From NCBI GenBank assembly GCA_043784925.1, contig JAYVXU010000025.1, forward strand, positions 22,649-86,648: a DNA stretch of 64,000 bases, in the 5' to 3' direction. A program made the position numbers and the translations under genes. Of the stretch, positions 17,140 to 25,483 are shown in pieces (positions within the stretch are counted from its first letter, which is position 1; each line of letters begins with the position of its first letter). Below the pieces are notes generated by a model. That model was given only the letters and a program-made list of their open reading frames with translations. It did not search any database and was not told the DNA's origin. The DNA comes from Candidatus Adlerbacteria bacterium. Lineage in GTDB: Bacteria; Patescibacteriota; Minisyncoccia; Phycocordibacterales; SBAW01.

Positions 17140-19029
17140 TCAAACGCCGAGTACGACCGGGATAACAATAGGGCGTTTGTTAGTTTTTTCGAAGAGGAAC
17201 CTGGCAACCGCGTCGGTCACGTTATTTTTGACGTAGTCGAAGTTAACCGGTTGCATGCCCTGCGTTGTGTCTTCAATAGTTTTTTTGATGATAAGGCGGG
17301 TTTGAGAAAGTAAGTCTTGATTTTCGCGCAAGTAGACAAAGCCGCGAGAAATAATGTCGGGGGACTTGCGAAGTTTACCGGTCTTGGGGTTGACGGTTGC
17401 TATGATGACAAACATACCTTCTTGGGCCAACACATTTCGGTCGCGAATAACCACTTCTTGGATGTCGCCGATCGAGAAGCCATCCACCAAGCGTAAACTA
17501 TTTGGAGCCATTACATTGAGGCGCACAAAGCTTTGGCCTTCGTCCTGGATCTCCAGTATTGCGCCGTTGTCAGGGATGACGATGTCGCTTTCAGCACGAC
17601 CACATGCTTTAGCAATGTCCGCGTGTACTCGTAACATGTAGTGGTAGCCGTGCAGGGGCATAAAAAATTTTGGGTTAATTTTGGAATGTATCCAAAATGT
17701 TTCGTCGCGGTTAGCATGGCCTGAAGCGTGGACCTCCATCGTGTCGCGGTGGACAATGCGTGCGCCCTGTCTACTTAGGTTGTCTTTGAGTTTTTGTACC
17801 GAGCGTTCGTTGCCGGGGATAACTGAAGAGGAAAGTACAACTGTGTCACCTTTTTTAATTTTGACATTTTTGTGAGTTTTGAGCGCAATACGCATCAGTG
17901 CCGCAAATTCGTCGCCCTGTGCCCCCGTGGCTAAAATAACTATCTTACTGTCGGGAAGACTCTCAAGTTGCTCGGCGCCTATAAACGTTTTGTCTGCTAC
18001 CTTGAGCATGCCCAAATGCTTTACTATTTCAATATTGACCTTCATGCTCCTTCCTTCGATAAGTACTTTTTTGCCACAGCGCTCAGCAGCTTCGAGCATG
18101 CGCATAATGCGCTCAAGTTGTGAAGAGAAGGTGCCGATGATAAGCCGGCCAGTCGCGTTGGTAATAATTTCGTCTAAGTTTTTTTGTACTACTCGCTCTG
18201 GCACCGAAAAACCTGGTTTGTCAACGTTTGTCGAGTCCGCAGCAAGAAAGAGCACTTTTTTGTCTTTAAAGTAGCCAAATTCTTTTTCTTCGGTTTCGGT
18301 CGGGATCCCCCCTAAGTGGTCCAAGCGCAAGTCGCCGGTAAATACACACTCGCCATAAGGGGTTTCTATAACAATACCCATTGAGTCGGGGATAGTATGG
18401 TAGACCGAGAAAAATTTAACCCGGATATTACCTGCTTTAATAGTGTCTTCTTTTTCAACCTCGTGGATATCGAGAGGTTTTAAATTTGGAAATTCTTCCT
18501 GGCGCTTGCGGATCATGACAGCAGTTAAACGTCGTGTAAAAATAGGTGGGTAGCCTATGCGGTCGATAACGTAGGGTATGGCGCCTATGTGGTCGAGGTG
18601 GCCGTGAGTGATAAACATACCGCGGATTTTGTGCTGTCGGTCTTCAAGATATTTGGTGTTTGGCAAAATATAGTCGATACCTGGTGTATCGTCTTCTTTA
18701 AATTGGAAACCACAATCGATAATAATAATGTCATCACCAAATTCGAAAGCGGTCATATTGCGGCCGATCTCTTCAACACCCCCCAAAGGAATTATACGGA
18801 TATTTCCTGCCTCAAGTGGGGGGATCTGTTGCTCGTCAGAATTTTGGCTTGCGTTTGTCGCGCCAGGCTCGGATATTTCACGAGGCGGCGGCGACTGATG
18901 CGGGCGGGGTCCATTATTGCGCCCACCACGGCGGTTGAGAGGGCGACGAGCGCCAAATTTGCGAGGTCCATTAGTGGGTTTACTGCCGGGTGAGCGGCGA
19001 GAATTTTGTGGTTTATTTTCTTGTTCCAT
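17140..19029 (-). CDS. rnj: Ribonuclease J (metallo-beta-lactamase/beta-CASP) with Arg/Gly-rich N-terminal extension
   Basis: IIPLGGVEEIGRNMTAFEF, HxHxDH motif FITHGHLDHIGAIPY, and beta-CASP plus RNase J C-terminal region. The N-terminal 75 aa are RG-rich and disordered. Confidence 0.9.
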   Translation of the reverse strand: MEQENKPQNSRRSPGSKPTNGPRKFGARRPLNRRGGRNNGPRPHQSPPPREISEPGATNASQNSDEQQIPPLEAGNIRIIPLGGVEEIGRNMTAFEFGDDIIIIDCGFQFKEDDTPGIDYILPNTKYLEDRQHKIRGMFITHGHLDHIGAIPYVIDRIGYPPIFTRRLTAVMIRKRQEEFPNLKPLDIHEVEKEDTIKAGNIRVKFFSVYHTIPDSMGIVIETPYGECVFTGDLRLDHLGGIPTETEEKEFGYFKDKKVLFLAADSTNVDKPGFSVPERVVQKNLDEIITNATGRLIIGTFSSQLERIMRMLEAAERCGKKVLIEGRSMKVNIEIVKHLGMLKVADKTFIGAEQLESLPDSKIVILATGAQGDEFAALMRIALKTHKNVKIKKGDTVVLSSSVIPGNERSVQKLKDNLSRQGARIVHRDTMEVHASGHANRDETFWIHSKINPKFFMPLHGYHYMLRVHADIAKACGRAESDIVIPDNGAILEIQDEGQSFVRLNVMAPNSLRLVDGFSIGDIQEVVIRDRNVLAQEGMFVIIATVNPKTGKLRKSPDIISRGFVYLRENQDLLSQTRLIIKKTIEDTTQGMQPVNFDYVKNNVTDAVARFLFEKTNKRPIVIPVVLGV

Positions 19030-19074
19030 AACGTGCTGCTTTAAATAATTAATAGGTTAGTGTCTCGATACTGA

Positions 19075-20823
19075 TTATCGTACGAAGATTGGCCATACGC
19101 GGTCAGTCTCACGATGCCAATTTGCTACGCTCAAAAATCTATCACTCGGGGTCTCTATAAATCCTAGATTAAGGCCCTGGATGTCTTTAGGAACAATATA
19201 CACGAAATCAGGCGCATAGAGAAATACAGCGGGGTGGTCGGAGTTAATTGCGTCAGTAAACTGTTTATATAGGGGTGCTTTTTGGGTGTCGTCAGATGTG
19301 CTTCGTACTTGAGACAGCAGTTTGTCTACGGCTGAGTTTGTGTACAGCGCAATATTGAGTCCTGGGTCTAAACGCTCAGACGAGCTCCAAAAGGCAAACA
19401 GATCAGGTTCGCGACCAATAACTTCGCCAAAGAGCAAAGCGTCGTATTTTCGAGGTCGTAGCACGTTTTGTGTTAAATCTCCTTGTTCGTATATATGTAC
19501 TTCAACTGACGCTCCCATCGCACTCCAAGCTTGGCGTATAAATTCGGCAGCAGTGCGCAACTCCGGCACATTGCTTGTGGACAGCGAAAGCTTAATTTTT
19601 TGCGTTTTTATATTTTTTCCGGTGCCTGTTGTTTTTTGAAGTACACCGTCTTGTCCTGGCTCCCATCCTGCAAGTATTAATTGGTTTTTAGCATCAACAG
19701 CTTTGTTGCTGCTTGAAGATGCGGTTGCCGTGGATTCAGTGGCAACACTCGGGGGCAAAGGTCCCGTCAATGGCGTGCCATACCCGTTGAGGACTTGTTT
19801 AACCAGTGTGGTGCGGTCAATTGCACTGTTCAGAGCAGCACGCACAGTCGGGTCACGCAACACCTCCGACTGATTTTGATTAAAGAATACAGCAAATACT
19901 CGATTAAGAGGGGCAGCTGCTAATCGCATGTGTGTAAGTTCAGGTACGCGGGCGGGCGAAATGCCACTTGCCGCGCTTACATCACCTTTTTTAACAGCGG
20001 TAATGAGCGCTTCTTCATTTTGATAAAAATGAAAAATAAGAGTACTTATGTATGGAGAATGAGGAAGAAAATGTTCATTGGCTTTGAGTGTAATAGATGA
20101 AGGAACACCAGAAGATGTACGGGCTACTGAGTCGACTTTGTACGGTCCGGAACCGACCGCATACATATTGAGGTTGCTATAGGCAAACTCCTCGTCCGAA
20201 ATATTTCCCCATAAATGTTCGGGCAAAATCCCCAACGTGAGGTTTTCGATAAAAGGAGCATATGCTTGTTTGAGAGTAAAAGAGACGACCCTGTCACTTA
20301 CTTTTTGAACCTGGATGCCGTTCCAGTTGGGACGCTCAGGGCTTTTGAGTGCTGAGTCTTGAGTTTTTGCAATAGTAAACACGATGTCGTCTGCCATAAC
20401 GGGTTTGTCGTCATGAAAAGTTGCAGTGGGTCGTAAGGTAAAAGTGTAAGTTTTACCATCAGGTGATATGGTGTATTTTTCCGCTAAATCTGGAACATAG
20501 GTGCCCTCAGGAGTGGCGCGAAGAAGGCCTGAAAACACGACGGCACTTACGTCATGGTCGGCATCAGATACTGCCAGTACTGGGTTTATAAAACGTGGAG
20601 CCCCAATCAAACCTTCGGAGTATGAACCGCCGTGGGTCGGCACTTCAACGAGTAAAGCATTGTTGAGCATGTACAGCAATATGCAGGAGCTCAGTACTAA
20701 GAGTGCAGAAAAAAATATAAATAAAAGCCGCCCGCTTGCTGAAAAGGAACGGATAGTTTCTTGGAGCGACCCTCGAGATACACGAGAGTCAGCCGGATCC
20801 GGGCTGCTGCGCATAAAGAGCAA
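19075..20823 (-). CDS. ABC transporter substrate-binding protein, family 5 (peptide/nickel), membrane-anchored
   Basis: SBP_bac_5-like motifs (YVPDLAEKYTISPDGKTYTFTLRPTATFHDDKPV...ADDIVFT). N-terminal TM. No cognate permease or ATPase in the window. Confidence 0.75.
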   Translation of the reverse strand: MLFMRSSPDPADSRVSRGSLQETIRSFSASGRLLFIFFSALLVLSSCILLYMLNNALLVEVPTHGGSYSEGLIGAPRFINPVLAVSDADHDVSAVVFSGLLRATPEGTYVPDLAEKYTISPDGKTYTFTLRPTATFHDDKPVMADDIVFTIAKTQDSALKSPERPNWNGIQVQKVSDRVVSFTLKQAYAPFIENLTLGILPEHLWGNISDEEFAYSNLNMYAVGSGPYKVDSVARTSSGVPSSITLKANEHFLPHSPYISTLIFHFYQNEEALITAVKKGDVSAASGISPARVPELTHMRLAAAPLNRVFAVFFNQNQSEVLRDPTVRAALNSAIDRTTLVKQVLNGYGTPLTGPLPPSVATESTATASSSSNKAVDAKNQLILAGWEPGQDGVLQKTTGTGKNIKTQKIKLSLSTSNVPELRTAAEFIRQAWSAMGASVEVHIYEQGDLTQNVLRPRKYDALLFGEVIGREPDLFAFWSSSERLDPGLNIALYTNSAVDKLLSQVRSTSDDTQKAPLYKQFTDAINSDHPAVFLYAPDFVYIVPKDIQGLNLGFIETPSDRFLSVANWHRETDRVWPIFVR

Positions 20824-20840
20824 TAATTAGTTGTCTAGTA

Positions 20841-21071
20841 TTAGTGAATGAGAAACGCCACAAATGACGAAACTACGAACAAAACGCCAATGACAATAGT
20901 TGCATAAAACAAATATTTCTCGCTGCCGCGACGGGTATGATAGGCGGCGCTAAAGTTGTCGCCCCCAAAAGCGCCTCCCAAGGCTGCTCCTGTTTGCTGC
21001 AAAAGCACACACCCAATGAGTGCGACAGAGAGAATGATTTGAATAAACGGCAATATGCCGTGCAATGTCAT
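20841..21071 (-). CDS. secG: Preprotein translocase subunit SecG
   Basis: MTLHGILPFIQIILSVALIGCVLLQQTGAALGGAFGG matches the SecG N-terminus (LLQQ.KG...G). Start taken at the ATG at 21071 rather than the upstream GTG. Confidence 0.75.
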   Translation of the reverse strand: MTLHGILPFIQIILSVALIGCVLLQQTGAALGGAFGGDNFSAAYHTRRGSEKYLFYATIVIGVLFVVSSFVAFLIH

Positions 21072-21078
21072 TACGGGC

Positions 21079-21106
21079 ACTATACCACAACAACTATTTC
21101 ATGCAA
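21079..21106 (-). promoter_or_regulatory. Sigma70-like promoter for secG (TTGCAT-16-TATAGT), near-leaderless
   Basis: On the minus strand, -35 TTGCAT and -10 TATAGT, ending 7 nt before the secG ATG. Confidence 0.45.
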
Positions 21107-21133
21107 ATAAAAAAAGCTCCCTCAGGAGCTTTG
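21107..21133 (-). terminator. Rho-independent terminator (minus strand)
   Basis: Minus read AAAGCTCC-TGAG-GGAGCTTTTTTTATTT. Confidence 0.7.
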
Positions 21134-21141
21134 GTGTGGGG

Positions 21142-21375
21142 TCAAAATCGGTGAGCAGTATGGTGACCTGAAGCGGGGTTGTGGCAGGGTAGGCGTTCGT
21201 TGTTAGCGTAAAATCCGCTAGCGGATAGGACGCGAGGACTCCGACAACGAGGACACCAAGCTAAGTACGTTCTAGTCTCGTTCTCTAGTTGTCGCGGGTT
21301 CCCACTTCTAAGGAGCATTTTTTGTACCCACCACAATTTGTTGAATAATTCACGAGCGTATGTTTCGTCGCGCAT
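21142..21375 (-). CDS. Small GC-rich ORF (77 aa) with CPRC...C.H motif; alternatively a structured ncRNA
   Basis: Perfect AGGAGG SD 6 nt upstream of the ATG at 21375, terminator directly downstream, local GC about 52%. No family recognised. Confidence 0.35.
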   Translation of the reverse strand: MRDETYARELFNKLWWVQKMLLRSGNPRQLENETRTYLAWCPRCRSPRVLSASGFYANNERLPCHNPASGHHTAHRF

Positions 21376-21425
21376 TACTTCCTCCTGTATCCTTTAACTT
21401 CAGATATATTACAACTAAAAACTAA

Positions 21426-22097
21426 TTAGTCAATATTTTTAGTGTTTTGCGAATGTAAGTACCTCTGTAGGGTTGGACTCCAAAAGACCCATAAGCCGTT
21501 TACTAAGACAAATATGGTTGGGAATATCCACCAGCTTTGGTCTATAAGCACAAGTGCAATAGTTAGGCATACAATTCCAACAACTATTTCCTCCACCGAG
21601 CGTTCGCTTGGTTTATACCACTTTTCTTGCAACCATACATCGTGGTCGTTTGGAATTAATTTATCGGGAGTAAAAGGGTAAAACCAATTAAGATACCCGT
21701 CACCCAGTGGATAGTCATGTAGGTAATGCCAGAGCAGGCAAATGATTGCCAACACTTCCCACACCATTGTTTTTTCAAACCCCACCCCGAATGTTCCCAC
21801 CACTGCTACCAAACTAAGTGTGGTGGGCATAAATTTGATCGGCCGGTGGAAATACGTAGTGTGATGGTCGTAGGTTATATGAGTTTTTGAAAGAATATCT
21901 TTAATAACATCAAAATCCGGAGCGAGCGCAAATATGCTCCCGATGAGTATGTACCACCAGGGGACAGACTCATGAAAGTGCAAGTACTCAGCCAATCTCC
22001 ACACGGCTGCAGCGACGAGGGCTCCGACACATAAATCCTGAAACCCTGCCATGCCATTTGCGATGAACCAGCGAAGAGTGTTGAGGTGTTTTATCAT
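21426..22097 (-). CDS. Polytopic membrane protein, possibly YdjM/DUF457-like metal-dependent hydrolase
   Basis: 223 aa, 4-5 TM, His/Asp-rich motifs (HFHESVPWW...APDFD; HDYPLGDGY). Confidence 0.35.
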   Translation of the reverse strand: MIKHLNTLRWFIANGMAGFQDLCVGALVAAAVWRLAEYLHFHESVPWWYILIGSIFALAPDFDVIKDILSKTHITYDHHTTYFHRPIKFMPTTLSLVAVVGTFGVGFEKTMVWEVLAIICLLWHYLHDYPLGDGYLNWFYPFTPDKLIPNDHDVWLQEKWYKPSERSVEEIVVGIVCLTIALVLIDQSWWIFPTIFVLVNGLWVFWSPTLQRYLHSQNTKNID

Positions 22098-22146
22098 GTA
22101 GTATCTCAGGTACGAATTCTTCCAATATCATGCGTGGTATTTTATT

Positions 22147-22169
22147 TTAGTCAACTAGTCGTTGACTAA
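22147..22169 (+). promoter_or_regulatory. Perfect inverted repeat TTAGTCAAC-N5-GTTGACTAA upstream of groES-groEL (candidate heat-shock operator)
   Basis: 9-bp perfect arms in the divergent intergenic region about 140 nt upstream of groES. Arm begins TTAG like CIRCE (TTAGCACTC-N9-GAGTGCTAA) but differs in sequence and spacer. Confidence 0.4.
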
Positions 22170-22307
22170 CCGCGTTTTTTGTCTATTATTGGCACGACTA
22201 CCAAAGTAGTGGGGCATTTTTATTACCAATCTAACCTAAGTGCTTGAAAACCTGCTGCATAGCTATTACCTGTAACGCAGCATTATTTCGGCTAAATTCT
22301 ATAATCT

Positions 22308-22745
22308 ATGAAAAAAAATACTAAAGCAAAAAGTGCTAAAAAGGTGTCAAAACCAGTCAGCAAGAAAAGGGGCAGTAAATCAAAAGTCTCTAAAGTAATC
22401 GAGGTGTCTGTTGTGCCCGGAGCTGCGGAGACCCCCGCCCAAAACTCAGTTGGTATATCTCCTTTGGGCGACCGCGTCGTGGTTAAGGCTCTATCACCTG
22501 AGGAGTCGGGCACCTTGATGGCGTTTGGGATAGTTATCCCTGACTCCTCTAAAGAAAAACCCGAGCAAGGCACCGTGGTGGCAGTGGGCCCTGGAAAGCG
22601 CTCCGAAGACGGGACAAGGCAAGAGTTGTCGGTCCAAGTTGGAGACAAAGTTATGTTTTCTAAATATGGTTTTGACGAAGTTAAAGTAGGGGGAGTTGAA
22701 TACTTGATCGTTCCAGAATCGAGCATCTTAGCAATTATTCAATAA
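22308..22745 (+). CDS. groES: Co-chaperonin GroES (with Lys-rich N-terminal extension or mis-called start)
   Basis: The C-terminal 95 aa (ISPLGDRVVVK ... VGDKVMFSKYG ... EYLIVPESSILAI) is canonical GroES. The track ORF adds about 45 Lys-rich residues. Alternative in-frame GTG starts at 22404 and 22413. Confidence 0.85.
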   Translation: MKKNTKAKSAKKVSKPVSKKRGSKSKVSKVIEVSVVPGAAETPAQNSVGISPLGDRVVVKALSPEESGTLMAFGIVIPDSSKEKPEQGTVVAVGPGKRSEDGTRQELSVQVGDKVMFSKYGFDEVKVGGVEYLIVPESSILAIIQ

Positions 22746-22754
22746 CAAAATCAC

Positions 22755-24416
22755 ATGGCAAAACAAATAATTTTCAACGAACGAGCACGCCGCATGCTCA
22801 AGAGTGGTATCGACAAAGCTTCTAATGCGGTCAAAATTACCTTAGGTCCAAAAGGCCGAAATGTGGCACTTGATAAAGGCTATGGTGGCCCCACAATCAC
22901 CAACGACGGCGTCTCGATTGCAAAAGAGATCTCATTTTCAAATAAATTTGAAAATATGGGGGCAGAGATAGTAAAAGAAGTTGCCTCAAAAACAAATGAC
23001 ATCGCAGGCGACGGAACCACCACTTCTGTCGTGTTGCTCCAGTCTTTGATCGAAGAGGGCATGAAGCACACGGAAATGGGACTCTCGGCCATGGGAGTTC
23101 GTGCCGGCATTGAAAAGGCTGCAGCCGAAGCTATTGAAGCTCTGCGCTCTTCTGCTAAAAAAATCCAAACAGATGAAGAAATTCGCCAAGTGGCAACAAT
23201 TTCAGCTGAGTCCGAGGAAATCGGTACTATAATTGCTGACACTATCAAAGAAGTAGGTAAGGACGGTGTTGTCACAGTTGAAGAGTCACAGTCGCTGGGA
23301 ATCGAGAAAGAAGTTGTCGAAGGGCTCGAGTTCGACAAGGGGTATGTGTCGCCATACATGGTGACCGACACTTCTCGCATGGAGGCAAGTTACAAGGACC
23401 CCCTTGTTTTAATCACCGACAAAAAAGTTTCCTCAATTCAAGAAATCCTGCCCCTTTTGGAGAAAATCGGGCAAAGCGGCAAAAAAGACTTGGTAGTCAT
23501 CGCAGACGATGTAGAAGGTGAAGCTCTTACAACGTTTGTATTAAGTAAACTTCGCGGCTCGTTTAATGTGCTCGGTATCAAAGCTCCAGGCTACGGTGAC
23601 CGCAAAAAAGAAATGCTCCAAGACATTGCCGTCATGACGGGCGCTACGGTCATTTCGGACGATGTGGGTATTAAATTCGACGCTGCAACGCTCGACATGC
23701 TTGGACGCGCTTCAAAAATTATTGCAACCAAGGAGTCTACCGTTATCGTCGGTGGTAAAGGCGATAAAAAAGCAATCGACGAGCGAATCGAGCAAATCCG
23801 CGCCCAAATCAAAAATACTGACTCAAAGTTTGACAAGGAAAAGTTTGAAGAAAGGTTGGCAAAACTCTCGGGTGGTGTTGCTGTCATTCGCGTTGGAGCT
23901 GCAACCGAAACCGAGATGAAATATCTCAAACTTAAAATCGAAGACGCTGTAAACGCAACCAAAGCAGCTATTGAAGAGGGGATAGTCCCCGGCGGCGGCA
24001 CTGCACTGGTTAAAGCCGCACAAAAAGTACAGGAGTCATATGGAAAGCAAAAGGAAAAAATGACCCCGGATATGCGTGTGGGGTATGAAGTGCTTCTTCG
24101 AGCACTCGAGATGCCACTTCGACAAATTGCTATTAACGCAGGCGTGGACCCAGGTGTTGTTGTTGATAAAGTTAAAAATGCAAAAGGTAATGCCGGGTAT
24201 GACGCAGTTAACGACACTGTTGTAGCCGACATGCTTGTCGCAGGAATTGTAGACCCGGTTAAGGTCTCTCGAACAGGGCTTGAGCGTGCAGCATCAGCCG
24301 CTGCCATGCTCCTTACAACCGAAGCTCTTATTGCAGATGAGCCAAAAGACGAAAAAGAGCCGATGGGTGGAGGTATGCCAGGTGGCATGGGAGGAATGGG
24401 TGACATGGACTACTAA
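22755..24416 (+). CDS. groEL: Chaperonin GroEL
   Basis: 553 aa. AAVEEGIVPGGG and a C-terminal GGM repeat (GGGMPGGMGGMGDMDY). Confidence 0.95.
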   Translation: MAKQIIFNERARRMLKSGIDKASNAVKITLGPKGRNVALDKGYGGPTITNDGVSIAKEISFSNKFENMGAEIVKEVASKTNDIAGDGTTTSVVLLQSLIEEGMKHTEMGLSAMGVRAGIEKAAAEAIEALRSSAKKIQTDEEIRQVATISAESEEIGTIIADTIKEVGKDGVVTVEESQSLGIEKEVVEGLEFDKGYVSPYMVTDTSRMEASYKDPLVLITDKKVSSIQEILPLLEKIGQSGKKDLVVIADDVEGEALTTFVLSKLRGSFNVLGIKAPGYGDRKKEMLQDIAVMTGATVISDDVGIKFDAATLDMLGRASKIIATKESTVIVGGKGDKKAIDERIEQIRAQIKNTDSKFDKEKFEERLAKLSGGVAVIRVGAATETEMKYLKLKIEDAVNATKAAIEEGIVPGGGTALVKAAQKVQESYGKQKEKMTPDMRVGYEVLLRALEMPLRQIAINAGVDPGVVVDKVKNAKGNAGYDAVNDTVVADMLVAGIVDPVKVSRTGLERAASAAAMLLTTEALIADEPKDEKEPMGGGMPGGMGGMGDMDY

Positions 24417-24445
24417 CCCGACATACGCATAAACTAAAATATAGA

Positions 24446-24475
24446 ACCCCCGGAGCAAAGTTGCTCGGGGGTTTT
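24446..24475. terminator. Bidirectional rho-independent terminator
   Basis: CCCCCGGAGCAA-AGT-TTGCTCGGGGG hairpin followed by TTTTGTTG. Between convergent groEL and gene 24503..24811. Confidence 0.75.
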
Positions 24476-24502
24476 GTTGCTAAAATACGCAAGAAGGGTG
24501 GG

Positions 24503-24811
24503 TTAATGCTTTTTTCCGAACGCCTTTTTCCATATAAATATGAAAATTGCGATCGCGATAATCGCGTTCATCCACGTATCAAGAAGGTGGAGTGTAAAGC
24601 CGGCAAATTGTATGCCCGCCTCTCCTACCGCTAGCCCCAAGTGGTAAGCAGCGACAGGTTTGATGTTGGTAAAGTAATGATTGCAAAGGTAGTTAATCGC
24701 AATCAATACCCCAAGTGGCATAACCACATGGTAAAAAAAGTTCCGCGGCGAGCCTAAAAAGTAGCCATGCCACGCGCCTTTCTTCCTCTCTTCTTTTTTT
24801 TCTTCAGCCAT
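24503..24811 (-). CDS. Small membrane protein, hypothetical
   Basis: 102 aa, 2-3 TM, Lys/Glu-rich N-terminus. Confidence 0.45.
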   Translation of the reverse strand: MAEEKKEERKKGAWHGYFLGSPRNFFYHVVMPLGVLIAINYLCNHYFTNIKPVAAYHLGLAVGEAGIQFAGFTLHLLDTWMNAIIAIAIFIFIWKKAFGKKH

Positions 24812-24913
24812 CGGTGGATCCTTCCAAAGAACGGGGTTTGAATATATTATACACCCTTTAGTTTAAATGTCAAGTACTCCTTGCTGTATGGAGAAGTGTG
24901 GTATTATTGACGC

Positions 24914-25471
24914 ATGATTTTATATATAGTTTTAGGGGTCGCGGCTTTACTAGTTATGTTTATCTGGTATTCGTACAATCATTTAGTAACACTCGGTCAA
25001 AATACTAAAGAGGCGTGGGCAGACATTGACGTACAACTTAAACGTCGTTACGACCTTATCCCAAACCTACTAGAGACGGTGAAAGGCTATGCAGCTCACG
25101 AAAAAACTACTCTTGAAGGGGTAACTGCTGCTAGAAGCGCCGCTATGAACGCACAAGGTCCAGAGGCAAAAGCTCAAGCAGAAAATATGCTCTCGGGCGC
25201 GCTTAAAAGTATTTTTGCCCTTTCCGAAGCGTACCCCGACTTAAAAGCCAACCAAAACTTCCTTTCCTTACAAGCCGAGTTGTCTGATACCGAAAACAAG
25301 ATCCAAGCTGCCCGACGCTTTTACAACGGCAATGTGCGTGACCTCTCAACGGCTATGCAAGTATTCCCTGGGAATATCATTGCAAACATGTTTCACTTTG
25401 AATCTCAAAAGTTTTTTGAATTGGACGGAGCCGACGCAGCAGCCCGCGAACCGGTTGCAGTTAAGTTCTAA
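24914..25471 (+). CDS. lemA: LemA family protein
   Basis: N-terminal TM. EAWADIDVQLKRRYDLIPNLLETVKGYAAHEKTTLE matches the LemA signature. Confidence 0.85.
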   Translation: MILYIVLGVAALLVMFIWYSYNHLVTLGQNTKEAWADIDVQLKRRYDLIPNLLETVKGYAAHEKTTLEGVTAARSAAMNAQGPEAKAQAENMLSGALKSIFALSEAYPDLKANQNFLSLQAELSDTENKIQAARRFYNGNVRDLSTAMQVFPGNIIANMFHFESQKFFELDGADAAAREPVAVKF

Positions 25472-25483
25472 ATTTCTCCTTTC

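Noticed and set aside
17354-18993. Plus-strand ORFs inside the RNase J gene (17354..17641, 17879..18274, 18589..18993) and similar ORFs antisense to GroEL, the ATPase, GH6 and the PPDK-like gene
   Set aside because: They sit opposite well-supported long conserved genes. They are typical antisense artefacts.
21107-21340. tmRNA / RNase P / SRP / 5S RNA identities for the GC-enriched element upstream of secG
   Set aside because: Compared by eye with conserved cores of each (tmRNA acceptor/T-arm, RNase P P4 strands, SRP domain IV, 5S loops). None matched. Kept only as a generic small ORF or ncRNA candidate.
22147-22182. The groES-upstream palindrome followed by CCGCGTTTTTTG as a rho-independent terminator
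   Set aside because: No plus-strand gene lies upstream (the neighbour is divergent, on the minus strand) and the stem is AT-rich. An operator role is more plausible.
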